Below are positions 27,321 to 35,247 of a stretch of DNA of 39,065 bases, in pieces. Below the pieces are notes generated by a model that made no database searches, was not told the DNA's origin, and worked only from the letters and a program-made list of their open reading frames with translations. Positions within the stretch are counted from its first letter, which is position 1. The number at the start of each line of letters is the position of its first letter. The position numbers and the translations under genes were made by a program. Source of the DNA: Candidatus Iainarchaeum sp. (GTDB lineage Archaea; Iainarchaeota; Iainarchaeia; JAFGOX01); contig JAFGOX010000009.1 of NCBI GenBank assembly GCA_016926295.1, positions 1 through 39,065 of the forward strand, in the 5' to 3' direction.

Positions 27321-27722
27321 ATGGATGCAATGATTGAGATTGCAATCGTAGCAATGGCAGTATCATGTTTTTCTCTGTTACTGCAGAGAAAATTCATTGA
27401 CAAAAAAGGAATGAAAGAAGCACAAAAAAGAATGAAAGAAAAGCAAGCAGAAATGAAAAAACAAAACTTAACACCCGAACAGCAAATGGAAGCAATGAAA
27501 GATGACATGGAACAAATGATGACTGCAATGAAGGGAACAATGAAACACATGGTAGTTTTGATGATATTCATCCTGCCAGTATTCTGGTTCCTTGGTTCAA
27601 GATATGAGGAAACAACCATCCTGCTGGGAACATTCTCGCTCGGATGGATATGGTGGTATATTATTATATCCCTTATAACAGGAATAACACTTGATAAAGT
27701 TCTAGAAAAAATCTGGAGATAG
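27321..27722 (+). CDS. DUF106 / EMC3-TMCO1-like (Oxa1/YidC superfamily) membrane protein
   Basis: TM, Met/Gln/Lys-rich coiled coil, two further TMs, GWIWWY motif; conserved position between secY and eL34. Confidence 0.88.
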   Translation: MDAMIEIAIVAMAVSCFSLLLQRKFIDKKGMKEAQKRMKEKQAEMKKQNLTPEQQMEAMKDDMEQMMTAMKGTMKHMVVLMIFILPVFWFLGSRYEETTILLGTFSLGWIWWYIIISLITGITLDKVLEKIWR

Positions 27723-27727
27723 ATAAC

Positions 27728-28066
27728 ATGGTACAAAGATTCTTGAGAACAAGAAGTAAGAAAAAGGTGCAAAAGCGTGCATCAAAAGAGACAAGACTAA
27801 AATTCAAAGCGAAAAAGGTTAGTCCGGCCCATTGCGCAGCATGCTCAGGAATTCTTGCCGGAGTTCCAAGAAAAGACAAAGCAGAACTCAAGAAATTAGC
27901 AAAAACAAAAAGAAGACCACAAGTACCATTCGGAGGTCATCTATGTGCATCATGCAGGAAAACAGTGTTCGAAGAAGCAGCCATGGTAAGCTCAGGAACA
28001 AAAGAAATTGAAAGCGTAAGGTACAAACTATTGCCTTATGTTGAAACAGTATTGAAGAAATTGTGA
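27728..28066 (+). CDS. rpl34e: 50S ribosomal protein eL34
   Basis: CAACSGIL.GVPR, L.KT.RRP..PFGG.LC..C. Confidence 0.93.
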   Translation: MVQRFLRTRSKKKVQKRASKETRLKFKAKKVSPAHCAACSGILAGVPRKDKAELKKLAKTKRRPQVPFGGHLCASCRKTVFEEAAMVSSGTKEIESVRYKLLPYVETVLKKL

Positions 28067-28070
28067 TTTA

Positions 28071-28601
28071 ATGATTATTACACTTTCAGGTCCGCCTGGC
28101 AGTGGAGCCACTACAACTGCAAAGAACATAGCAATAAACATGAGCACAGATTATTACTCCGCAGCAACAACATTTCACAAAATTGCACAGGAAAGGAAAT
28201 TGACGCCTGATGAACTCAGGTTATTAATGCTCACAGAACCAACAATAGATTATGAGATTGACAAGGAACAATTGGAAACAATAAAGAAGACAAAAAATAT
28301 CGTGGTAGACTCAAAGCTCGGAGCATGGAAAATAGATACCCCAAATGTCTTGAGGGTTTATTTACATGCACCAGAAAGAATACGTGCAAAGAGAATATCA
28401 CAAAAGCTCAAGATACCGGTATCAGATGCCTTAGCAAAAATGGAAAAAAAGGAAAAACAAGACGCCAAACGCTTCATGGCATGGTATGGTATCAATATTG
28501 AGGACGTATCAATATACGACCTCATAATAAACACTGAGAAATGGGATCCTGACGGAACCCTTTTCATAATAACAAAAGCAGTACAGAGAATGACAAAGTG
28601 A
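28071..28601 (+). CDS. cmk: Cytidylate kinase homolog (atypical P-loop)
   Basis: MIITLSGPPGSGATT, D.EID, YGI...D.SIYDL.INT; syntenic between eL34 and eL14. Confidence 0.85.
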   Translation: MIITLSGPPGSGATTTAKNIAINMSTDYYSAATTFHKIAQERKLTPDELRLLMLTEPTIDYEIDKEQLETIKKTKNIVVDSKLGAWKIDTPNVLRVYLHAPERIRAKRISQKLKIPVSDALAKMEKKEKQDAKRFMAWYGINIEDVSIYDLIINTEKWDPDGTLFIITKAVQRMTK

Positions 28602-28605
28602 TAAC

Positions 28606-28830
28606 ATGGGTGCATACGACATAGGAAGAATTTGCCTGAAAACCGCTGGCAGACACGCCGGCAAAAAGGTAGTGATAGTTAGCGAACTTGAGGAAAACAA
28701 ATTCGTTACAATAGATGGAAAAGGAATTAAAAGAAAAAGGTGCAATGTTGCACACCTTGAACCATTGAATGAAACGCTAAATGTAACAAAATCAACAAGT
28801 CATGATGAAATTACAAAGATGATGAAGTGA
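28606..28830 (+). CDS. rpl14e: 50S ribosomal protein eL14
   Basis: GRIC.K.AGR.AG...VIV, KRKRCN..HLEP. Confidence 0.95.
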   Translation: MGAYDIGRICLKTAGRHAGKKVVIVSELEENKFVTIDGKGIKRKRCNVAHLEPLNETLNVTKSTSHDEITKMMK

Positions 28831-28834
28831 TAAT

Positions 28835-29314
28835 ATGTCAGAAGAACAAGTAAGAGGTATTATTAGAATTGCCGGCAAAGATATGCCCGGACAAAAACCA
28901 TTAGTTAATGCCCTTTGTGGAATAAAAGGCGTGGGAATAAGGTTTGCAAGAAACGTAGCATACCAGTTCCAAAAAGAAACAAACACTCCCTATAATTCCA
29001 AGGTCGGTTCATTAACTAAAGAACAGTTAACACAAATAGAAGAGATATTAACTAAGTCAAAAGATCACCGTTTGCCAACATGGTCCTTAAACTCACAGAA
29101 AGAGTTTGAAACCGGAGAAGACAAGCAATTGATTATGGCAGAATTACAGTTAAACAAAAGAGTTACACTAAAGAGACTTGCAGACATGAAATCATACCGT
29201 GGTCTAAGACTTCAATGGGGCCTTACAGTAAGAGGCCAGCACACAAGATCAACAGGAAGAAAAGCAGGAAAGAAAGCAAGATACAAAAGCAAAAAGAAAA
29301 TTAAGAAGCAGTGA
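28835..29314 (+). CDS. rps13: 30S ribosomal protein uS13
   Basis: RIAG.D, IKGVG, SYRG.R...GL.VRGQ.TRS.GR. Confidence 0.96.
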   Translation: MSEEQVRGIIRIAGKDMPGQKPLVNALCGIKGVGIRFARNVAYQFQKETNTPYNSKVGSLTKEQLTQIEEILTKSKDHRLPTWSLNSQKEFETGEDKQLIMAELQLNKRVTLKRLADMKSYRGLRLQWGLTVRGQHTRSTGRKAGKKARYKSKKKIKKQ

Positions 29315-29319
29315 TAATC

Positions 29320-29889
29320 ATGGGTGGAACTAAAAAGCTAAGATCAACATATTCAAGACCAAGAAGGCCTTGGGACAAGCAAAGGATTACTGAAGAAAAC
29401 CAAATCAAAAGAGGTTACGGTCTAAAGAATAAAAAGGAAATCTGGAAAGCAAAGGATTATTTGAATAAAGTTCGCTCAACAGCAAGAGTTCTTTTAGCTC
29501 AAGCTTCAGATGAGAGAGAATTCAGGGAAAAAGAATTACTTGAAAGTTTAAAGAGAAGAAACATTCTAAAATCCGAAGGAACTCTTGACGATGTTCTTTC
29601 ACTTAAGGTTGAAGATGTTCTTGAAAGAAGGCTTCAAACCCAGATATGGAAAACAGGAATGGCCTCAACTCCGCAACAGGCAAGGCAATTCTTAGTGCAT
29701 GGACACATTCTTCTGAATGACAGGAAAGTAACAAGACCAAGCCAGCTTTTATTCAAAGGTGAAGAATCACAGCTTAAGTTCAAAGGAAACCCGCTTTTCC
29801 TTGCAAAACCAAAAGAGATGCCTAAAAAAGAGGCGCAAATGCCAAAAGCAGAAGAAATCCTTGAAGAAGAGGTGAAACAGGATGGCTAA
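29320..29889 (+). CDS. rps4: 30S ribosomal protein uS4
   Basis: P.RPW, YGLKNK.E.W, LERRLQT, QARQF.VHGHI; ATG 29320. Confidence 0.96.
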   Translation: MGGTKKLRSTYSRPRRPWDKQRITEENQIKRGYGLKNKKEIWKAKDYLNKVRSTARVLLAQASDEREFREKELLESLKRRNILKSEGTLDDVLSLKVEDVLERRLQTQIWKTGMASTPQQARQFLVHGHILLNDRKVTRPSQLLFKGEESQLKFKGNPLFLAKPKEMPKKEAQMPKAEEILEEEVKQDG

Positions 29890-30277
29890 AGACGGAATAA
29901 CTGGAATACTTCATATTTACACTTCAAAAAACAACACTCACGTCCACTTGACAGACATAACCGGTGCAGAAACATTATCTAACGCATCATGCGGTCACGT
30001 AGTAAAGAGAGGCGCAGAAGAGAAAAAGCCTTGGGCAGCAATGAAAACAGCAGAAAAAGTAGTTGACGAGGCCCTAAACAAAGGAATAACCTCTGTGCAT
30101 GTAAGAATACGCGCACCAGGAGGAATCAAGTCAAAGATTTCAAACACCCCTGGTTCAAACACAGTTATCAGAACTGTATCAAGATCTCCAATTAGAATAC
30201 TTAGTATTGAAGATGTAACCCCAATACCGCATGATGGATGCAAGTCCAAAGGCGGAAGAAGGGGAAGAAGGCCATAG
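29882..30277 (+). CDS. rps11: 30S ribosomal protein uS11
   Basis: NNT.VH.TD.TGAET, RAPGG, IEDVTPIPHDG, GGRRGRR. Confidence 0.96.
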   Translation: MAKDGITGILHIYTSKNNTHVHLTDITGAETLSNASCGHVVKRGAEEKKPWAAMKTAEKVVDEALNKGITSVHVRIRAPGGIKSKISNTPGSNTVIRTVSRSPIRILSIEDVTPIPHDGCKSKGGRRGRRP

Positions 30278-30285
30278 GTGAGTTA

Positions 30286-31044
30286 ATGTCAATTAATATA
30301 AAAGTGCTTGAAGACACACCAACTACTTTCAGATTCGTCTGGGACGGAGTTGGTCCAAAAGTTGCAAATGTTATCAGACGCATTGCATTGGGAGATGTAT
30401 TGACCTTAGCAATAGAAACAGTAAGCATCTACGAAAACTCTTCAGTTTTCTTTGATGAATACATCGCACACAGATTGGGCTTAATACCAATCAAAACCGG
30501 AAAGGGTTTCAAAAGAGGAGACACAGTAAAGTTCAGCCTCGACAAAGAAGGCCCCGGAACGGTTTATTCAGGAGATTTGATGTCCTCTGAAAAAAAAGCA
30601 GAGGTTATGGACAAAAAAATTCCAATAATCATACTCAAAGAAGGGCAAAAGCTTAGGATTGAAGCAGAAGCATTGATGGGAGACGCAAACCACCACGCAA
30701 AATGGCAACCCGGGCTTATAACATACCAGGCTTACCCCGTACTGAAAATAGACAAAGACAAAGGAATAACCAAAGACTGCGAAGAAGCATGCCCTGTAAA
30801 CATCCTTGAAAAGGGAAAGAAAAGCATTTCAACAGAGAATCTTGAAAAATGCACTCTTTGCAATGCCTGCAGAGACGCCAGCAAAAACGGAGAAGTTGAA
30901 GCATCACCTTCAGACGACAAGGTAATATTCTACGTAGAATCCTACGGACAGATTCCGCCAAGAGAAATATTAGTCCAGGCAACAGAAATGCTTGATGAAA
31001 AAGCCAAGAAATTTTTAGATCAGTTAAAGAAAAAGGTGAAATAA
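30286..31044 (+). CDS. rpoD: RNA polymerase subunit D (Rpo3) with ferredoxin-like domain
   Basis: AN.IRR, ENSS..FDE.IAHRLGLIP, HAKWQP, CP...CTLCNAC, F.VES.G; ATG 30286 after AGGTGAG. Confidence 0.96.
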   Translation: MSINIKVLEDTPTTFRFVWDGVGPKVANVIRRIALGDVLTLAIETVSIYENSSVFFDEYIAHRLGLIPIKTGKGFKRGDTVKFSLDKEGPGTVYSGDLMSSEKKAEVMDKKIPIIILKEGQKLRIEAEALMGDANHHAKWQPGLITYQAYPVLKIDKDKGITKDCEEACPVNILEKGKKSISTENLEKCTLCNACRDASKNGEVEASPSDDKVIFYVESYGQIPPREILVQATEMLDEKAKKFLDQLKKKVK

Positions 31045-31045
31045 A

Positions 31046-31411
31046 ATGTCATTTAACGTAAGAGCAAGTAATCCGGAAGTACGCGGCATGATAGTTGAGA
31101 TGGAAAAACTATCAAAGAAAGAAAAAAGTAGCTTTTGGAAAAACGTTGCTGTGCTCTTAAACAAACCAAGAGTTAACAAACCCCAGATAAATCTCTGGAA
31201 ACTTGACAAACACGTAAAGGACGGAGATGTGGTAATAGTTCCGGGAAAAATACTTGGTTACGGGCAATTTAGCAAAAAGGTAACTGTAAGTGCGTTCAGA
31301 ACAAGTGAATCCGCACAAAAGAAATTAAAGGAAGCCGGAAGCAAAGTTCTCACTTTAACTGAATTAATGAATGAAAACCCAAAAGGAAAGGGAATAAAGA
31401 TAATAAGGTGA
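31046..31411 (+). CDS. rpl18e: 50S ribosomal protein eL18
   Basis: W..VA..L..P, VPGKILG.G, A..K...AG, NPKG. Confidence 0.95.
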   Translation: MSFNVRASNPEVRGMIVEMEKLSKKEKSSFWKNVAVLLNKPRVNKPQINLWKLDKHVKDGDVVIVPGKILGYGQFSKKVTVSAFRTSESAQKKLKEAGSKVLTLTELMNENPKGKGIKIIR

Positions 31412-31415
31412 AGAC

Positions 31416-31841
31416 ATGACAGTCATAGATGGAAGCGGAGCAGTACTTGGAAGACTTGCAACAAACGTTGCAAAAAGAACGCTGAAAGGCGAGTATGTTG
31501 ACATAGTAAACGCCCGCGAAATCATAATAATCGGAAAAAAGGAAATGATATTCAAAAAGTACAAAGAAAAAAGAAGGGACATTAGCTGTGCAGTAAACCC
31601 CTACAGAGGAATGCATTTCCCAAGAACTCCGGAAGGCATAGTAAAGTGGTCATTAAGGGGCATGGTAGGGCACAAAAGCGCACGCGGAAGAAAAGCAATG
31701 AAATGCCTTAAAGTCCACAGAGGCATACCAGAATCGCTATCAAAATCAAAAGCCATCAAAATAAACGATGCAGTAAAAAAACCAGACAAAGCATACGTAA
31801 CAATTGATGAATTAAGCAAATTCCTTGGATTCAAAGGGTGA
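31416..31841 (+). CDS. rpl13: 50S ribosomal protein uL13
   Basis: ID....VLGRLA..VAK, PR.P..I....RGM, G.P. Confidence 0.95.
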   Translation: MTVIDGSGAVLGRLATNVAKRTLKGEYVDIVNAREIIIIGKKEMIFKKYKEKRRDISCAVNPYRGMHFPRTPEGIVKWSLRGMVGHKSARGRKAMKCLKVHRGIPESLSKSKAIKINDAVKKPDKAYVTIDELSKFLGFKG

Positions 31842-31845
31842 ATGA

Positions 31846-32346
31846 ATGACAGAAGAGACTCCAAAATTAGAAGAAATTGCAACTGTAGAAAAGGCAGTAG
31901 AAGAAAAGACTAAAACCGATACAAAAAAAAGAAAAACAAGAAAAAAGAGCAAGGCAATAACAACAAAAGCAAAGAAGAAAAAGGCAGTGGCAAGAGCCGT
32001 TGTTAAACCAGGAAAGGGAAGAATCAGAGTAAACTCGGTTCCAGTAGAACTTCAAGAACCAGAATTCAGAAGGATGCTGTTAATGGAGCCGGTGTATTTA
32101 GTTCCAAATGCATTTGAAAACGTAGATATCAGTGTAACAGTTAATGGCGGAGGAACAATGGGGCAAAGTGTTGCCATAAGGGGCGCAATAGCCAAAGCAA
32201 TTGTTGCATTTACAAAAGACGATAAAATTAAACAAAAGTTCCTTGAATACAATAGAAATCTTTTGATTGACGACAGTAGAAGGAAAGAGGCTAAGAAACC
32301 GCTTGGCCGCGGTGCACGTGCTAAGAAGCAATTATCCAAGAGGTGA
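31846..32346 (+). CDS. rps9: 30S ribosomal protein uS9 with charged N-terminal extension
   Basis: A.ARA....GKG.IRVN, V.GGG..GQ, LL..D.RRKE.KK..G.GARA. Confidence 0.95.
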   Translation: MTEETPKLEEIATVEKAVEEKTKTDTKKRKTRKKSKAITTKAKKKKAVARAVVKPGKGRIRVNSVPVELQEPEFRRMLLMEPVYLVPNAFENVDISVTVNGGGTMGQSVAIRGAIAKAIVAFTKDDKIKQKFLEYNRNLLIDDSRRKEAKKPLGRGARAKKQLSKR

Positions 32347-32353
32347 ATGCTCA

Positions 32354-32551
32354 ATGTTAATACCAATAAGATGCTTCTCTTGTGGGAAGCCATTAGGTGA
32401 AGAATACGAGAAATACAAGGAACTCGTAAAAGAAGGAAAAAAACCAATCGAGGCCCTTAAAGAAATAGGAATCAAAAGATATTGTTGCAAAAGGATGCTC
32501 TTCACACAAGTGGACACCGCAGAGCAAGTAATACAATACGAGAAATATTAG
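32354..32551 (+). CDS. rpoN: RNA polymerase subunit N (Rpo10)
   Basis: MLIPIRCFSCGK...RYCCKRM; ATG 32354 after AGGTGA. Confidence 0.97.
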   Translation: MLIPIRCFSCGKPLGEEYEKYKELVKEGKKPIEALKEIGIKRYCCKRMLFTQVDTAEQVIQYEKY

Positions 32552-32566
32552 TACGGAGGTCATGTC

Positions 32567-33751
32567 TTGGCTAAAACCGATATAAAGGACATACAACTCC
32601 GAGTAGTGTTTACAGGAAAAGGAACAAAAACAATAGAAGCTGAGGTAATATCAGCTAATGGGCGAGGGCGCGCTGTTGCACCCTCAGGTACGAGCGCAGG
32701 AAGTCATGAGGCTTTAGCATTTCCAAGCAAACCAGAGCAGCTTGTAAAAAGGGCGCAGGATGAATTAATTCCTGAACTCTTGGGGCAGGATGCCACACAA
32801 CAAAAGAAAATAGACAACATAATATCAGTTGTTGATAACACAAAGAACTTCTCGCATATAGGCGGGTCAGTTGCAATAGCAATATCAACAGCAGCTCTGA
32901 AATGCGCGGCAAGTTGCTATGGGAAAGAGTTATTCCAATATCTCAACCCAAAAGCAAAATCAATTCCAAAACCGTTGGGAAAAGTATTCGGCGGAGGAAC
33001 ACACACTTTGCTGACAACCTCAGATATTCAGGAAATACTTGTGCTTCCAAAAAAGAATAATGCAAAAGCAAACATAGAAATAATGCAAAATATACAATCA
33101 GACTTTGGTGCATATCTAAAAAATAAAAAAATATTTGCAGGACGGGACTTGGAAGGCGGATGGACAGCAGAAATGTCCTCAGAGCAGGTTTTGGATATTG
33201 TAAAGAAGCTGGCTGACAAACACGGGGCAAATATTGGCCTTGATATTGCGGCAAGTGAATTTTACAAAAACAACAAATACAGATACATTGACGGAAGGAA
33301 CCTTAACGCAGAAGAGCAAAAAGAATACGTGAAAAAGCTTATCAGCAAATACAAGATAAAATATGTTGAAGACCCTTTTCATGAAGATGACTTCGAAAGT
33401 TTTGCTGCGCTCACAAAAGAAGCTAAAGGCTGCATAATATGCGGAGACGATCTATTCACAACAAACCCTTACATACTGCAAAAGGGAATAGGAATGAAGG
33501 CAGCCAATGCGATAATAATCAAACCAAACCAGATAGGAACAATCACAGAAACATTACGAACCGTTGAAATTGCGAAGAGACAAAATTACCAAATTGTGTT
33601 CTCGCACCGCTCAGGAGACACATGTGATACGGCGATATCACAGCTCGCGGTGGGAACAGAAGCACAAATAATAAAATGTGGAATAATCGGAGGCGAAAGG
33701 ACCTCAAAATTAAATGAACTCATAAGAATCGAGGAAACGCTCAAACATTAG
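32567..33751 (+). CDS. eno: Enolase (TTG start)
   Basis: PSG.S, QE, EGG, D.AASEF, EDPF, GDDL, KPNQIGT, SHRSG, IK.G, ER..K.NEL.RIE; SD GGAGGT. Confidence 0.95.
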   Translation: MAKTDIKDIQLRVVFTGKGTKTIEAEVISANGRGRAVAPSGTSAGSHEALAFPSKPEQLVKRAQDELIPELLGQDATQQKKIDNIISVVDNTKNFSHIGGSVAIAISTAALKCAASCYGKELFQYLNPKAKSIPKPLGKVFGGGTHTLLTTSDIQEILVLPKKNNAKANIEIMQNIQSDFGAYLKNKKIFAGRDLEGGWTAEMSSEQVLDIVKKLADKHGANIGLDIAASEFYKNNKYRYIDGRNLNAEEQKEYVKKLISKYKIKYVEDPFHEDDFESFAALTKEAKGCIICGDDLFTTNPYILQKGIGMKAANAIIIKPNQIGTITETLRTVEIAKRQNYQIVFSHRSGDTCDTAISQLAVGTEAQIIKCGIIGGERTSKLNELIRIEETLKH

Positions 33752-33759
33752 GTGATAAA

Positions 33760-34356
33760 ATGACAGAAGTTTTTCCAACAGAAAAATATCTTGAGATTGG
33801 TGCCCACTTAGGTACTGAACTTAAAACAGGATACATGAAGAAATTCATCTTCAAATCCAGAAAAGACGGACTCAAGGTATTGGATATTGAAACTGTGGAC
33901 AAAAGGTTAAAGGCTGCGGCAATATTGCTCGCACAATACAAACCAAGCGAGATATGCCTAGTCGCAAGAAGAAGTTATGGTCAAAGACCAGTAAAGAAAG
34001 CGGCAAAAATTATTGGTGCTGAATCAGTTACCGGAAGATTCCTTCCTGGTTTATTTACAAATCCAATTGGCAAAGAGTTTATCGAGCCGAAAATAATACT
34101 TATTGTTGATCCGCAAGTTGACAAACAGGCAATAAAAGAAGCAGTAAGTCGCGGAATACCAATTATCGCTTTGGCAACAACAATGAACAAGGTACAATTT
34201 GTAGATTTAGTCGTCCCAATAAACAACCGTGGTAAAAAGGCCCTTGCACTTGCAATGATGGGCATAACAAAGGAAATACTAAAAGCACGCGGAGAATTAA
34301 AGAGCGACGAAGACTTCAAATACAAAATAGAAGATTTCGAATATACAAGAAAGTAG
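33760..34356 (+). CDS. rps2: 30S ribosomal protein uS2
   Basis: YL..GAHLGT, R.DGL, GRF.PG.FTNP, D.QA..EA, P.NN.G..AL. Confidence 0.96.
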   Translation: MTEVFPTEKYLEIGAHLGTELKTGYMKKFIFKSRKDGLKVLDIETVDKRLKAAAILLAQYKPSEICLVARRSYGQRPVKKAAKIIGAESVTGRFLPGLFTNPIGKEFIEPKIILIVDPQVDKQAIKEAVSRGIPIIALATTMNKVQFVDLVVPINNRGKKALALAMMGITKEILKARGELKSDEDFKYKIEDFEYTRK

Positions 34357-34361
34357 GTACT

Positions 34362-35186
34362 ATGATAAGACAAGCAATTGTGGCTGGTCAATTCTATCCT
34401 GCAAAAAAGGACGAATTGATAGCAATGCTTGACAAACTTACTTCTAATTTTGAACCCGAACCAAGCAAAGACAGATTAGCTGGTTTGGTTGTGCCCCATG
34501 CGGGCTATATTTATTCCGGGGCAGTGGCAGCTAAAGCCTTCAAAACCCTTAGCTCAGAAAGATGCCCTGAAACTGTGGTTATCCTGGGCCCAAACCATAC
34601 GGGCATGGGCTCAATGGTGTCTGCTTACCCTTTGGGCTATTGGAAAACACCCCTCGGAAATGCTAAGGTGGATGAGGATTTTTCAACATATTTGAAGAAA
34701 AACTGCTCAATTATGGACACTAACGTGGCGTCTCATGATGCCGAACACTCAATTGAGGTTCAAATCCCTTTTCTGCAGTACCTATGCGATGATTTCAAGA
34801 TAGTTCCGATAAGCATGAGCCTGCAGGACTACCAGACAGCCACAGAAGTAGCCAATGCTATTTATGATGCCAAAGAGGACCTGAACAGAGACATTATAGT
34901 AATAGCAAGCAGCGATTTCTCCCATTATATACCCCATGAAAAAGCCCAGAAAATAGACAAAGAGCTTATTCAGCTAATCCTTAATTTCAAATCCAAGGAA
35001 TTATTGGATACTATTCATAAGAACAGTTACACGCCTTGCGGTTGCGGACCTGTGGCCACAATGCTGGAATACTGCAAATTAGAGAAATGCAAACACGCAA
35101 ACCTGATTGACTACAAAACATCCGGGGATATAACCGGTGACAAAAACGCAGTTGTGGGTTATGCGGCAATAGAAGTCAGAAAATAG
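34362..35186 (+). CDS. MEMO1 family protein (AmmeMemoRadiSam protein B)
   Basis: R...VAGQFYP, PHAGY.YSG, GPNH.G, EHSIEVQ.PFLQ, SSDFSHY, CG.GP, VVGYA. Confidence 0.94.
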   Translation: MIRQAIVAGQFYPAKKDELIAMLDKLTSNFEPEPSKDRLAGLVVPHAGYIYSGAVAAKAFKTLSSERCPETVVILGPNHTGMGSMVSAYPLGYWKTPLGNAKVDEDFSTYLKKNCSIMDTNVASHDAEHSIEVQIPFLQYLCDDFKIVPISMSLQDYQTATEVANAIYDAKEDLNRDIIVIASSDFSHYIPHEKAQKIDKELIQLILNFKSKELLDTIHKNSYTPCGCGPVATMLEYCKLEKCKHANLIDYKTSGDITGDKNAVVGYAAIEVRK

Positions 35187-35218
35187 TTAATTGACGAACG
35201 GCTTCGTTTAAATTAACT
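35185..35218 (+). terminator. Inverted repeat between MEMO1 and the mevalonate cluster (terminator or operator)
   Basis: AGTTAATT/AATTAACT and GACGAA/TTCGTT arms around a CGGC loop. Confidence 0.4.
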
Positions 35219-35247
35219 TATTACATTAAAATAATAAAGGTGGGGAG

